Of a stretch of 50,615 nucleotides of DNA, positions 29,155 through 38,143 are shown piece after piece. The position numbers and the translations under genes are program-made. Under the pieces are notes generated by a model that was given only the letters and a program-made list of their open reading frames with translations, had not been told where the DNA came from and did no database searches. How positions within the stretch are numbered: the stretch's first letter is position 1; each line of letters opens with the position of its first letter. The stretch is from Bacillota bacterium (lineage in GTDB: Bacteria; Bacillota; Sulfobacillia; UBA8153), in contig SLSY01000102.1 in NCBI GenBank assembly GCA_007130145.1, forward strand, positions 1-50,615. The letters are read 5' to 3'.

Positions 29155-29931
29155 CTACCCCTGGGGCAGTTGTGCCCGCCCAGGACAGGTGCAGTCTGCC
29201 TCCATAGAAGCCCCAATGAGATGTTCAAGGGCGGCGGTAAATCGCGCACGCCTCGACTTCATCCCGGAAACAACCTCCTGGTGCTGCAGGGGCCGGGAGC
29301 TAAGCCCTGCTCCCCAATTGGTAATCAAGGCTGCCGTCGCATAGCAGATACCAGCTTCCCGGGCCAGCGCAACCTCGGGCATCCCGGTCATGCCCACGAC
29401 GTCACCCCCCAGGCGGGCCAGGGTGCGAACCTCCGCTGCGCTTTCATATCGAGGCCCTTGAGTACACACATAGCAGCCACCGTAGCGAATCCTTAAGTCA
29501 AAGTCAGGAAGAATGCACGCCAGCTGACGGCGCAAACTTGGACAATAGGGATGGGTCAGATCTACATGGGTAACCCCCGGACCGTCAAAAAAGGTCTGGG
29601 AGCGCCCGGATGTGAAATCTAAGAACTGATCCACCAGCACAATGTCCCCCACCGTCGCTCCCCGGCCGTGCAGGGCGCCCACGGTTGCCGTGGCGACAAT
29701 GCGCTCCACTCCTAGTTTCCACAAGGCCCAGATATTGGCCCGGTAGTTAATGCGGTGGGGCGGCTTGGTATGTTCGGTACCATGCCGGGGACAAAAGAAG
29801 ACGTCCCTATTTTCCCGGGACAGAGCAAACACCCTCGTCGGGCCATACGGAGTCGATACATCTTGCTGCTGGGCTCCTTCGGCAAAGACTTGAAATCCGC
29901 TGCCACCTATGATACCAAAGCCCACGAACAT
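29155..29931 (-). CDS. mtnP: S-methyl-5'-thioadenosine phosphorylase / PNP family 2
   Basis: MFVGFGIIGGSGF, FCPRHG..H..PPHRINYRANIWAL, GMTGMPEVALAREAG. I prefer the ATG at 29931, after a AAAGGAGGG SD, over the track start at 30051. Confidence 0.85.
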   Translation of the reverse strand: MFVGFGIIGGSGFQVFAEGAQQQDVSTPYGPTRVFALSRENRDVFFCPRHGTEHTKPPHRINYRANIWALWKLGVERIVATATVGALHGRGATVGDIVLVDQFLDFTSGRSQTFFDGPGVTHVDLTHPYCPSLRRQLACILPDFDLRIRYGGCYVCTQGPRYESAAEVRTLARLGGDVVGMTGMPEVALAREAGICYATAALITNWGAGLSSRPLQHQEVVSGMKSRRARFTAALEHLIGASMEADCTCPGRAQLPQG

Positions 29932-30086
29932 CCCTCCTTTGACTACAGTATAGCATGGCGGATTATGCCTTGGACAAGACACTACCAGACAAGGACAAAG
30001 CAGGAGCGAGCCAACGTAGCGGCGAAATGCACGAGGATGCCAACCTACCACAGAGATGAGTAAAGAAAGAATGGAAAGGAGATAGC

Positions 30087-31694
30087 ATGCCGGATCTTGC
30101 TCAGCCGGAGGCCAAGCAAAAGCCCAGCCGTATCATCGCCTTATCTGGCGCCTGCCTGTTGCTCCTGCTGGCAGTGCTTCTTGCCGTCTTGCCAGCGGAC
30201 GCAACCATTCAAGCGGCTAACTATACCTTTTTGGCCTTTCGCGCCCACCCCTATGCCCGAGTAACCGCTCTGGGTTTCTCTCTATTGGGAGCCGGGGGCA
30301 TGCTCTATGCTAGCACGGGCATTCTCAGTCCTGCTGCCCAAGCAGTAGCGTTGTCCGCTGTCTTGTCGGCCATCGCCGTCATCAAGGCTGATAACCTGCT
30401 CTCCTTCTTCATCTTTTGGGAAATGCTGGCTTGGCTCACTCTCTTGTTAGTCGTCATGGATCAAAAACTCACCCGACGCCTGCTGGCCACTACGTTTGCG
30501 TATCTCCTCACCCACCTGGTGGGGGGATTGATGTTGCTGGTAGGCTTCGCTCGCCAGTACGCGCTCACCGGATCGATGGCTCTTAATCCGCTTGAAGCCG
30601 GTGCCATACCCTTCGCCCTCATCGCCGTGGGCATCAAGGCCGCCTTCATCCCCCTCAATTACTGGATTCCTGCGGCTTATCCGGAAGCCACCTACCCAGC
30701 CAGCGTCTTCTTGTCGGGGCTTTCCACCAAGGTCGGTGTACTGGCCATTGTCCGCCTCCTCCATCCTCATCCAGCCATCGCCTACATGGGAGGAGCCATG
30801 GCCCTGTTGGGGGTGGTCTTTGCCTTGCTACAGGTCGATATGCGACGTCTATTGTCCTGGCACATTGTCAGTCAGGTAGGTTACATGGTGGCCTGCATGG
30901 CCTGGGGCACCCCGCAAGCCACCGATGCTGGGTTGCTTCATGTGTTCAACCACATTCTCTACAAGGGCGCTCTCTTCATGGCCGCCGGGTGCGTAATTCG
31001 CCAAACAGCAACGGAGAACCTCAAAAGTCTCAGTCAGCGCTACTCGGTCTCGTTCCTGGTCACGGCATCGGCGCTGGTGGCAGCCCTCTCCATCAGCGGT
31101 GCACCTCCGTTCAATGGCTTCGTATCCAAGACACTGATTAAGTACGCGATCGAGGACCCGCTGCTTTCCTTCATGCTCCTGGTAGCTAGCGTGGGTACGG
31201 CAGCGTCTTTCACCAAATTCATGTACTTGGGGTTTTTATCAGCCCGAAAGAACAAGAACGAACCGGGGCGGCGTCTCCCTCTGGGCATGCAGTTGGGTTT
31301 GGGAGGACTGGCCGGATTGTGCCTTGTGACCGGCCTCTTTCCACAAAGCGTTAAAGGGTTTTTGCCCTATGCCTCTTCCATACCCGTCTACCGCGTGGGC
31401 TCTATCCTGCCAGCAGTCGTTTCGCTGGTGGGTGGGATCGTGGCGTTTACCTTAGCCAGCTGGTTGTTGCCCCGGATTCCCTTTTTGGCGCCACCCCTCA
31501 AGTTTATCAGAGCCGTGGAGTGGTGGTTCACAAACTGGTTCCTCCATGACCGCTTTACCCATGCCCTGCAGAGCATCAACAAGCGAGTCCTGGCCGGATC
31601 CCAGAGGTACGAGCGGCTAGAACAGGTGGGCTTGGCCGTTGTCATGGTCGCTGTGTCCATATTTGCCATTCTGTGGATCATCCTTCTCCACTAG
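30087..31694 (+). CDS. Orphan proton-conducting antiporter-like membrane subunit (NuoL/M/N-MrpD family)
   Basis: 535 aa with FIFWEMLAWLTLLLV, SWHIVSQVGYMVA, and HVFNHILYKGALFM. A GGAAAGGAG SD lies upstream. Confidence 0.85.
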   Translation: MPDLAQPEAKQKPSRIIALSGACLLLLLAVLLAVLPADATIQAANYTFLAFRAHPYARVTALGFSLLGAGGMLYASTGILSPAAQAVALSAVLSAIAVIKADNLLSFFIFWEMLAWLTLLLVVMDQKLTRRLLATTFAYLLTHLVGGLMLLVGFARQYALTGSMALNPLEAGAIPFALIAVGIKAAFIPLNYWIPAAYPEATYPASVFLSGLSTKVGVLAIVRLLHPHPAIAYMGGAMALLGVVFALLQVDMRRLLSWHIVSQVGYMVACMAWGTPQATDAGLLHVFNHILYKGALFMAAGCVIRQTATENLKSLSQRYSVSFLVTASALVAALSISGAPPFNGFVSKTLIKYAIEDPLLSFMLLVASVGTAASFTKFMYLGFLSARKNKNEPGRRLPLGMQLGLGGLAGLCLVTGLFPQSVKGFLPYASSIPVYRVGSILPAVVSLVGGIVAFTLASWLLPRIPFLAPPLKFIRAVEWWFTNWFLHDRFTHALQSINKRVLAGSQRYERLEQVGLAVVMVAVSIFAILWIILLH

Positions 31695-32055
31695 CCCTGC
31701 TCCCTGCTAGCTTTGGTCTCATAAGCGTGCAATGAATGAGACACGGGCTCTTGATACGGGATGACGGATGCCGCGCTAGAGACGATTTTCTTGCCTGGAG
31801 CAGCTGCTGGTACGCCTTTGGGGATCCACCTTACCAGTGGGCAGAACATGTGCTGAAGCCATCAGGCCGGTAAGCGGTGGATGGGGTTTGAACCAGCCGC
31901 AACCTAATGAAGTCTGGGCACATGAAACGTCCTGGGGCACGCTGGAGTAAGGCAGACGCGGATCATTTGGTGTGAGTTCTGACGATCCGGGGCAACGACG
32001 ACAAGGAAGCGGCTAACCATTGCCCCAGGTTCGACTTTTTGATCTAAACGTGCCG

Positions 32056-32086
32056 TTGGACAGCCGCAAGGTAGATGCTGTATAAT
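32056..32086 (+). promoter_or_regulatory. Candidate promoter for rubrerythrin
   Basis: TTGGAC (32056-32061), a 19-nt spacer, then TATAAT (32081-32086) directly preceded by TG. It sits about 75 nt upstream of the rbr ATG. The spacer is longer than optimal. Confidence 0.4.
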
Positions 32087-32160
32087 AATGTCTGAATAGG
32101 GTTTCATGGTAATTCCATCCCCTAGACCTGCCAAAAGCTCTAAGAAAGGATGATACATAC

Positions 32161-32697
32161 ATGAAGGATCTCAAGGGTACTAAGACCGAAAAGAACTTGT
32201 GGGCGGCCTTTGCGGGAGAGTCACAGGCGCGAAACAAGTATACCTTTTTCGCCAGTGTAGCTAAGAAGGAAGGTCTTGAACAGATGGCTGGCGTTTTCCT
32301 GGAAACAGCCGATCATGAGAAGGAACATGCTAAGCGGCTGTTCAAGTTCCTGGGGGCTCTTGGCGATACCAAGGCCAACTTGAAGGCAGCAGCAGACGGC
32401 GAAAACTATGAGTGGACCGAGATGTACAAGGAGTTTGCCGCCACGGCCCGGGAGGAAGGCTTTGGTGAGATTGCTGATGTGCTCACCGAAATCGGTGAGG
32501 TCGAGGAAGAGCACGAGAAGCGCTATCTGAAACTCCTGGACAACCTGGAAAAGGGCATCGTCTTCAAGCGGGATCAGGAAGTTGCCTGGCATTGCCGAAA
32601 TTGTGGCTATGTGCATCACGGCAAAGAAGCACCAGAGGAATGCCCCGCCTGTGCTCATCCTCAGGCCCATTACCAGATCATGTGCGAGAATTACTAA
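32161..32697 (+). CDS. rbr: Rubrerythrin
   Basis: 178 aa with an N-terminal diiron four-helix bundle ([30 protein letters not shown]) and a C-terminal rubredoxin CRNCGY...CPACAHP. Confidence 0.95.
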   Translation: MKDLKGTKTEKNLWAAFAGESQARNKYTFFASVAKKEGLEQMAGVFLETADHEKEHAKRLFKFLGALGDTKANLKAAADGENYEWTEMYKEFAATAREEGFGEIADVLTEIGEVEEEHEKRYLKLLDNLEKGIVFKRDQEVAWHCRNCGYVHHGKEAPEECPACAHPQAHYQIMCENY

Positions 32698-32706
32698 AAG
32701 GTTCAT

Positions 32707-32743
32707 AAAAAGCGGGGCCGCTTTGGCCCCGCTTTTCTCTTTT
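32707..32743. terminator. Bidirectional intrinsic terminator between convergent rbr and sucD
   Basis: AGCGGGGCC (32711-32719) pairs with GGCCCCGCT (32725-32733). It is flanked by AAAA upstream and TTTTCTCTTTT downstream. Confidence 0.8.
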
Positions 32744-32749
32744 ATCGGA

Positions 32750-33625
32750 TTACTTACTCTTTTTCAGCGCTTGCGCCACCAATTGCGGTACTTCCCAGGG
32801 GAATTCCGCCACCAGGCATCCTGCCTGGCTCAGTGCCTTGACTTTTCCTTCAAACGTACCACGGCCGCGTTCAATGATGGCGCCGGCATGTCCCATGCGC
32901 TTGCCCGGAGGCGCCGACTTACCAGCAAGATAGGCAACGGTCGGAAGATCGATCGTCTTGAGGTACTCAGCTGCTTCCTCTTCCGCACTCCCTCCGATTT
33001 CTCCCACCAACACCAGGGCTTCCGTATGATCATCGTTGGCGAACAGCCGAATCACATCGACGAAGGACAGGCCGACGACCCGATCCCCACCCAGGCCCAC
33101 CACCGTGCTTTGACCCAGATCTGCCTGGGTTAGCGAATCGGCCACCTCGTAGCTCAACGTCCCGCTGCGGGCAGCAATGCCCACGGGCCCCGATTTGTAG
33201 ATGGCATTGGGCATAATACCCATTTTGCAACGTCCGGGGCTGATGAGGCCAAAGGTGTTGGGCCCCACCACGGTTGCTCCACATTCTTGGGCATGCTTCA
33301 TCAGTTTGAGTTCATCATGCAGTGGCAGGTGTTCGGATATAACCACCACGGTCTTAATTCCCGCCGCCATGGATTCCATAGCCGCATCCATGGCAAAAGG
33401 AGCGGGCACAAAGAGGACGGAAGCATTCGCTCCATGGCTGGATACGGCCTCTTCGACTGTGTTATAGACCGGAATGCCATGAACTTGCTCTCCGCCCTTG
33501 CCCGGTGAACAGCCGGCCACTACCCGGGAACCGTATGCAAGCATCTGTTCTGTATGAAACCGGCCCTGGTTCCCCGTGATGCCCTGTACCAGAACCTTGG
33601 TCTTTTCGTTAATCAATATAGCCAC
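32750..33625 (-). CDS. sucD: Succinate--CoA ligase subunit alpha
   Basis: 291 aa with VLVQGITGNQGRFHT and the phosphohistidine loop RMGHAGAII. Confidence 0.95.
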   Translation of the reverse strand: MAILINEKTKVLVQGITGNQGRFHTEQMLAYGSRVVAGCSPGKGGEQVHGIPVYNTVEEAVSSHGANASVLFVPAPFAMDAAMESMAAGIKTVVVISEHLPLHDELKLMKHAQECGATVVGPNTFGLISPGRCKMGIMPNAIYKSGPVGIAARSGTLSYEVADSLTQADLGQSTVVGLGGDRVVGLSFVDVIRLFANDDHTEALVLVGEIGGSAEEEAAEYLKTIDLPTVAYLAGKSAPPGKRMGHAGAIIERGRGTFEGKVKALSQAGCLVAEFPWEVPQLVAQALKKSK

Positions 33626-34743
33626 TAGCCCTCACCCCCTGCTCGACTCAGTTCCACGGCCTTCTTCGCTGCCTCATCCAGAGAACTGTACGCCTCAAAT
33701 CCGTTTTCTTGCAAGATGCGCACCCCGGCTTCTTCGTTGGTTCCCACCAAACGAATGACTACGGGCACGGGGATGCCTCGGGTCTTCTTGACCTGCACCA
33801 GGGCGGTTGCTACATCATCGCAACGAGTAATACCGCCAAAGATGTTGATCAAAATAACACTCGGCTCGGTACGCAATAGCACTTCAATGGCCTTGGCCGT
33901 AGGCTCAACCGAAGCCCCTCCTCCCGCATCCAGAAAGTTGGCCGGGCTACCTCCGTAGGCTGAAATAATATCCAGCGTAGCCATGGTAATGCCGGCACCA
34001 TTCGCCATCACGGCAATGTCACCGTCCAGCTGCACAAAGGATAGGCCCAATTCCTTGATGTCTCGTTCGAGGGCACTGCCTTCCTCCACCACCGGCAATT
34101 GAGACTGGCGGAAGAGGGCCTCATCATCCACATTCAGACGGCCATCAGCAGCCAGCAGGCGTCCCTCGCTAACCACCAGCGGGTTAATCTCGACCAGTTC
34201 AGCCTCATTGTCCGCAAATACCCGGTACAGCTTGACTACCAGAGCAGCAAATTGCTTGGCGACGGAACCGCCCAACCCCAATCGTTGGGCCAACTGGCGG
34301 CCCTCATAGGGATACAAGCCCCACACCGGATCCACGTGCTGCTTGATAATGTGCTTCTCGGGGACCTCCTCAATGTTGATCCCGCCATGCATAGAAGCCA
34401 TGACTAAAGGCAGGCGAGCAGCGCTGTCCACGGTTATGCTCACGTAAAGCTCGTGATCAATTTGGAGTTTCTCCTCCACCAATACCCGTTCCACTTTGAG
34501 ACCTCGTATCTCGGCACCGAGCAGACGCTTAGCGGCGGTGCGGGCCTCGTCCGGCGTTGCTGCAAAGGCAATGCCTCCCGCCTTGCCCCTACCTCCGCTC
34601 AGAATTTGGCTCTTGATAGCCACTTCGCCTATACCAGAGGCGATTTCCGCCGCTTCTTCCGGGGTGGTGGCAACCCGTCCCCGAGGCACAGGAATGCCCT
34701 GGCCGGCCATTACTTCTTTGGCCATGTACTCGTATAACTTCAC
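33625..34743 (-). CDS. sucC: Succinate--CoA ligase (ADP-forming) subunit beta
   Basis: 372 aa with MKLYEYMAKEVM, an ATP-grasp region, and GGITRCDDVA. GTG start. It shares 1 nt with sucD. Confidence 0.95.
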   Translation of the reverse strand: MKLYEYMAKEVMAGQGIPVPRGRVATTPEEAAEIASGIGEVAIKSQILSGGRGKAGGIAFAATPDEARTAAKRLLGAEIRGLKVERVLVEEKLQIDHELYVSITVDSAARLPLVMASMHGGINIEEVPEKHIIKQHVDPVWGLYPYEGRQLAQRLGLGGSVAKQFAALVVKLYRVFADNEAELVEINPLVVSEGRLLAADGRLNVDDEALFRQSQLPVVEEGSALERDIKELGLSFVQLDGDIAVMANGAGITMATLDIISAYGGSPANFLDAGGGASVEPTAKAIEVLLRTEPSVILINIFGGITRCDDVATALVQVKKTRGIPVPVVIRLVGTNEEAGVRILQENGFEAYSSLDEAAKKAVELSRAGGEG

Positions 34744-35076
34744 TCACATTCACCCGCTTTCCCAAACCCATCATCTCTAAGGGCTATGGTAGTTCAAACA
34801 CACTTACCTACGTACCTTGCGTAATACAAGTCTCAGTCCCCTACAATGCCCGGGAAGCGATGAGCCTTCTGGTTGGTATCCCAACGGCCGGCCCACCACA
34901 GCCACTCTCCCCCCTCTATCCCAGCACATGCGCTACCAAGCAAAAGAAATGCAATAAAACCAATGCTCAAGGCAAGCAGCACTCTGCAGGCAATTCTCTG
35001 CTCAAGCCTTGGTTTCCTGCCTGCAATCCCCTGGTTGCATCGTCTCCCTACAGCATAACCAGGGGAGAATGTGGAC

Positions 35077-35112
35077 CAAAAGATGAAAGAGCCAACCAGA
35101 GAGACTGGTGGC
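35077..35112 (-). terminator. Putative intrinsic terminator after the rhodanese gene
   Basis: On the minus strand the stem GCCACCAG / CTGGTTGGC (one bulge) is followed by TCTTTCATCTTTT. Confidence 0.5.
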
Positions 35113-35137
35113 TCAATGACACACCCTGATTCTGAGC

Positions 35138-35530
35138 CTAATCAGCCGAAAGCCGCTCGACTTCACCCTGCCAATGGACCATTCCGCCTTTGAGATTCTT
35201 AGCGCGAAAGCCCTCCTCGACGAGCCGGCGAGTTGCTTGTGCACTACGATTTCCCGTCAAGCAGACAACCACCACATCGGTATGGGGGCAGAGTTCATGC
35301 ATGCGTTCTTCCAGTTCACCTAAGGGAATGAGCAGTGCACCGGGTATGTGACCCGCTGCGTACTCCTCCGCTTCGCGCACATCGACGATCTGCAAAGGCA
35401 CGCCCTGCTCGAGCAATTCCTCCAACTGGGCCGCACTGATTTGCTTGACATCAGGAACGATCACAAGATGCCGCACCGTGAAGACCAATGCGGCCAATAC
35501 CAGCAAGCTCAACAGGAGGCGAATGCGCAT
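35138..35530 (-). CDS. Rhodanese-like domain protein with an N-terminal signal/anchor helix
   Basis: 130 aa with a hydrophobic N-terminus (LLLSLLVLAALVF) and a rhodanese fold (DVREAEEYAAGHIPGA; active-site loop VVCLTGNRS). Confidence 0.85.
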   Translation of the reverse strand: MRIRLLLSLLVLAALVFTVRHLVIVPDVKQISAAQLEELLEQGVPLQIVDVREAEEYAAGHIPGALLIPLGELEERMHELCPHTDVVVVCLTGNRSAQATRRLVEEGFRAKNLKGGMVHWQGEVERLSAD

Positions 35531-35541
35531 TTGCTCCCCCC

Positions 35542-35590
35542 TTGACGGGTCGGGGATTTCGCTGCCTTATGCCGAAAGCGGACCCGTCAA
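35542..35590 (-). promoter_or_regulatory. Two-tier hairpin abutting the rhodanese ribosome-binding site
   Basis: TTGACGGGTC (35542-35551) / GACCCGTCAA (35581-35590), with an inner TTTCG/CGAAA pairing. On the minus strand the 3' arm is followed immediately by GGGGGGAG and then the ATG at 35530. Confidence 0.4.
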
Positions 35591-35915
35591 TCATCTTACC
35601 ATGATTCGGCGCCATCGTGGTGAAACCCTCCTCCTTCCCGTTACCTCAGGCCGCTTCCTTGACACCTTTCTCCTGGCCCGATGGCTCCCCAAAGCAACGC
35701 TATTCACCTTCATCTCGCCTCTGAAGCTATCGCCAATGCACCGCATTGATGTGCGTCACCTGGGGAGACAGAAACCATCTGGGGCACGATCAAAAGCAGA
35801 GTCAAGAGAACCAGGAGAGGGAGAGAGGGTTGAATCCACATTCTATCTCATGGCGGGCGCAGGGCTGCTCTGGTGATGACAAGGTGTGAATCAATGTGGC
35901 GGTCACGTCACTTCG

Positions 35916-38096
35916 TTATTTCTCTAGCAATGTCGCGCTTTTGACCTCCATTTCGCTTTCGAGGAGTTCAGCCACCCGCCGTATGAGAGCATCATCCTTC
36001 AAGCGAGCGACCGTATCACTGGAGATATGTAGAAGAAGGCCCACCTCCGAATTGCCGTCAGCTTCCCTTGCCTGTCCCGATAGAGTCACTGGCTGATTGC
36101 GACTCCAGCGCTGCATCCCCTTACGCTCACAAACACTCTGCATCCAGGTTTGTTTCTCTTCACGAGCTTGGGCTATCAAGTGGAAGAATGCTTTGACTAC
36201 GTCTGGATGAAACTGAACGGGGGTGCAGCGTTCCAGTTCCCGCATGACTTCATCGAGAGGAAGAGCCGGTCGGTACACCCGAAAGGAGGTCATACTATCA
36301 AAGGCATCGGCAACAGCCAGAATCGAAGCCCCCAGGGGTATATCTACTCCAGATAACCCCTCAGGGTAACCGTCTCCCTGGTGCCACTCATGATGGCAAC
36401 GCACCAAAGGCGCCAGATGCGCCAAGGCACCACTGTTTTCCAGGATTCGTGCGCCAGCTGCAGGGTGATTCATCATGAGATTGCGCTCAAGAGCATTCAA
36501 GGGGCCCCGTTTGTTGAGCACATCATCGGGAATCCCCACTTTGCCCAGATCGTGGACAAGACCGGCATGTTCAATTCGCTGCACTTGCTCAGGAGTTAAT
36601 CGCATGGCTTGGGCGATCATTTTTGCGTAGTGCGCAACATTCACCGAGTGGCTCATAGTATATGCATCGCGAGCGTCAACCGTGGCCGCCAACACCCAGA
36701 TACTGCTTTCATAGAGGCTTTCGGTTTGCTTGTGCAGCCGTATGCTGTCAAGGGCCGCTGACAGATGCGCCGCAATCGAAGCAAGGACCACCCTGGCTCC
36801 AGCTTGAAATGTCCCCCGCTGATGACTGGCCAGAATCCAGGTTCCCAACCGCCTTCCTTCAACCCACAAGGGAAAGGCCATCAAAGATGCCACCTCATGC
36901 CCCTGGAGAAACCGGGATAGATCCTTCTCTTCATTCTCTACCGCACGTCCTTGCTCCCATAAGAGAGGTTCAACGCTCTCCTCAACAGGTCGCCTCAGAC
37001 GTGACAGCAAACCCTCTCCCAGTCCGGGCGCTCGCAAACTATTCCAACACACCTGCTCTTGGGTATGCTCTGCCATCAATGCCATGGAGGCCAAACGGTA
37101 GCGCCCCGATAAAAGTCCTCCCAGTTCGTGCACCATGGGAGAGAGATCCGTATGTGCTTTTAAGAGGTAGCCCGCCTGCACCAGGAGTTCAAGTTCCTGC
37201 TGGGTCTCGTGCAACGTGGTTACGTCCACGTACGTTTGCAAAACGCCGCTCTCCTCCCCTTGGCGCCTGTGAACAGGAGCCGTGAATACCCGGTAACACC
37301 CCTTGGGGCTCTTCATTTCTAATTCGGTACGCACTCCCAAGCGGTTGCCCACGCCCAGCTGGGCAATTTGCTCGCCAAACGCCCTGGGATCACGAAACCT
37401 GTCCTGCAAGGGAAGGAGGCTGGCTTGATATGGTCGGCCCACGAGCTGAGCCTTCTCCAAACCAAAGAGAGCGGCAAAACGTTCATTGACGTTGCGAATC
37501 AATCCGCTCTCATCCACCATGATGAGAGCACTGTCTGTGGCATCGAGCACCGCACTGAGAGTGCGATCTCTATCCTCTGCTGTGCATTCCAGATAAGACA
37601 ATTCCATGAGCAACGCCAAGAGTGCCGCCGACAGTTCGAACGCCGGTAGCATCTGAGGACTAAACGCTTCTGCCGTAGCACTTTGCAGATCCAAGACACC
37701 CAGAACACGTTTACCCCTCAGAAGAGGGAAACACCACTCGGTGCGCGTGTGGTTCTTGTGGATGACTGCATAGTCGGGGGAAAGCCTTGTATCATTGACC
37801 AGTTGCGGACACGCGGTACGAGCACATTTCCCTATGACTCCCTTAGACAAGGGCTGCCGATAGCGATGGGGTGAACGTCCTTGTGCCAATCCTGCCTCCG
37901 CTACCACCGTCATGTGTTCACCGACCGGTTCGATCTGCACAACCGTAACATGATCAGCCTCAAAGCAACGGGACAGCTCCCCTAGAGCCGCCTCGATGGA
38001 AGGCGTGGAATGCGGGTCTCGACACAATAAGCTGACAAGAGCAGCGCCCACACGCTGGCAGTAGTAATCCTCTCCGATGACATGGACTGACAACAA
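35916..38096 (-). CDS. GAF-PAS-GAF sensor protein with an HD-GYP domain (putative c-di-GMP phosphodiesterase)
   Basis: 726 aa. HD-GYP signatures: HDLGKVGIPDDVL and CHHEWHQGDGYPEGL. A PAS-like segment (SALIMVDESGLIRNVNERFAALFG) is flanked by GAF-like segments. A tail of about 100 aa is unassigned. Confidence 0.85.
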   Translation of the reverse strand: MLSVHVIGEDYYCQRVGAALVSLLCRDPHSTPSIEAALGELSRCFEADHVTVVQIEPVGEHMTVVAEAGLAQGRSPHRYRQPLSKGVIGKCARTACPQLVNDTRLSPDYAVIHKNHTRTEWCFPLLRGKRVLGVLDLQSATAEAFSPQMLPAFELSAALLALLMELSYLECTAEDRDRTLSAVLDATDSALIMVDESGLIRNVNERFAALFGLEKAQLVGRPYQASLLPLQDRFRDPRAFGEQIAQLGVGNRLGVRTELEMKSPKGCYRVFTAPVHRRQGEESGVLQTYVDVTTLHETQQELELLVQAGYLLKAHTDLSPMVHELGGLLSGRYRLASMALMAEHTQEQVCWNSLRAPGLGEGLLSRLRRPVEESVEPLLWEQGRAVENEEKDLSRFLQGHEVASLMAFPLWVEGRRLGTWILASHQRGTFQAGARVVLASIAAHLSAALDSIRLHKQTESLYESSIWVLAATVDARDAYTMSHSVNVAHYAKMIAQAMRLTPEQVQRIEHAGLVHDLGKVGIPDDVLNKRGPLNALERNLMMNHPAAGARILENSGALAHLAPLVRCHHEWHQGDGYPEGLSGVDIPLGASILAVADAFDSMTSFRVYRPALPLDEVMRELERCTPVQFHPDVVKAFFHLIAQAREEKQTWMQSVCERKGMQRWSRNQPVTLSGQAREADGNSEVGLLLHISSDTVARLKDDALIRRVAELLESEMEVKSATLLEK

Positions 38097-38143
38097 ACAT
38101 GCCCCCCCACTTGCTAGACGGGGTAGCCCTTCGACAGGGTGCG

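Noticed and set aside
29932-30051. 40-aa N-terminal extension of the mtnP ORF. Similar upstream extensions occur for metV (43668-43790), mrpF (27994-28095) and mrpB (26845-27012).
   Set aside because: The extensions overlap neighbouring genes or lack an SD. Internal starts with good SD sequences reproduce family-typical N-termini.
34833-34982. 49-aa minus-strand small ORF with a signal/lipobox-like N-terminus (VLLALSIGFIAFLLLGSACAG) between the rhodanese terminator and sucC.
   Set aside because: The only start is a GTG without a recognisable Shine-Dalgarno. The lipobox is imperfect and the Trp/Gly-rich tail looks random. It is too weak to call.
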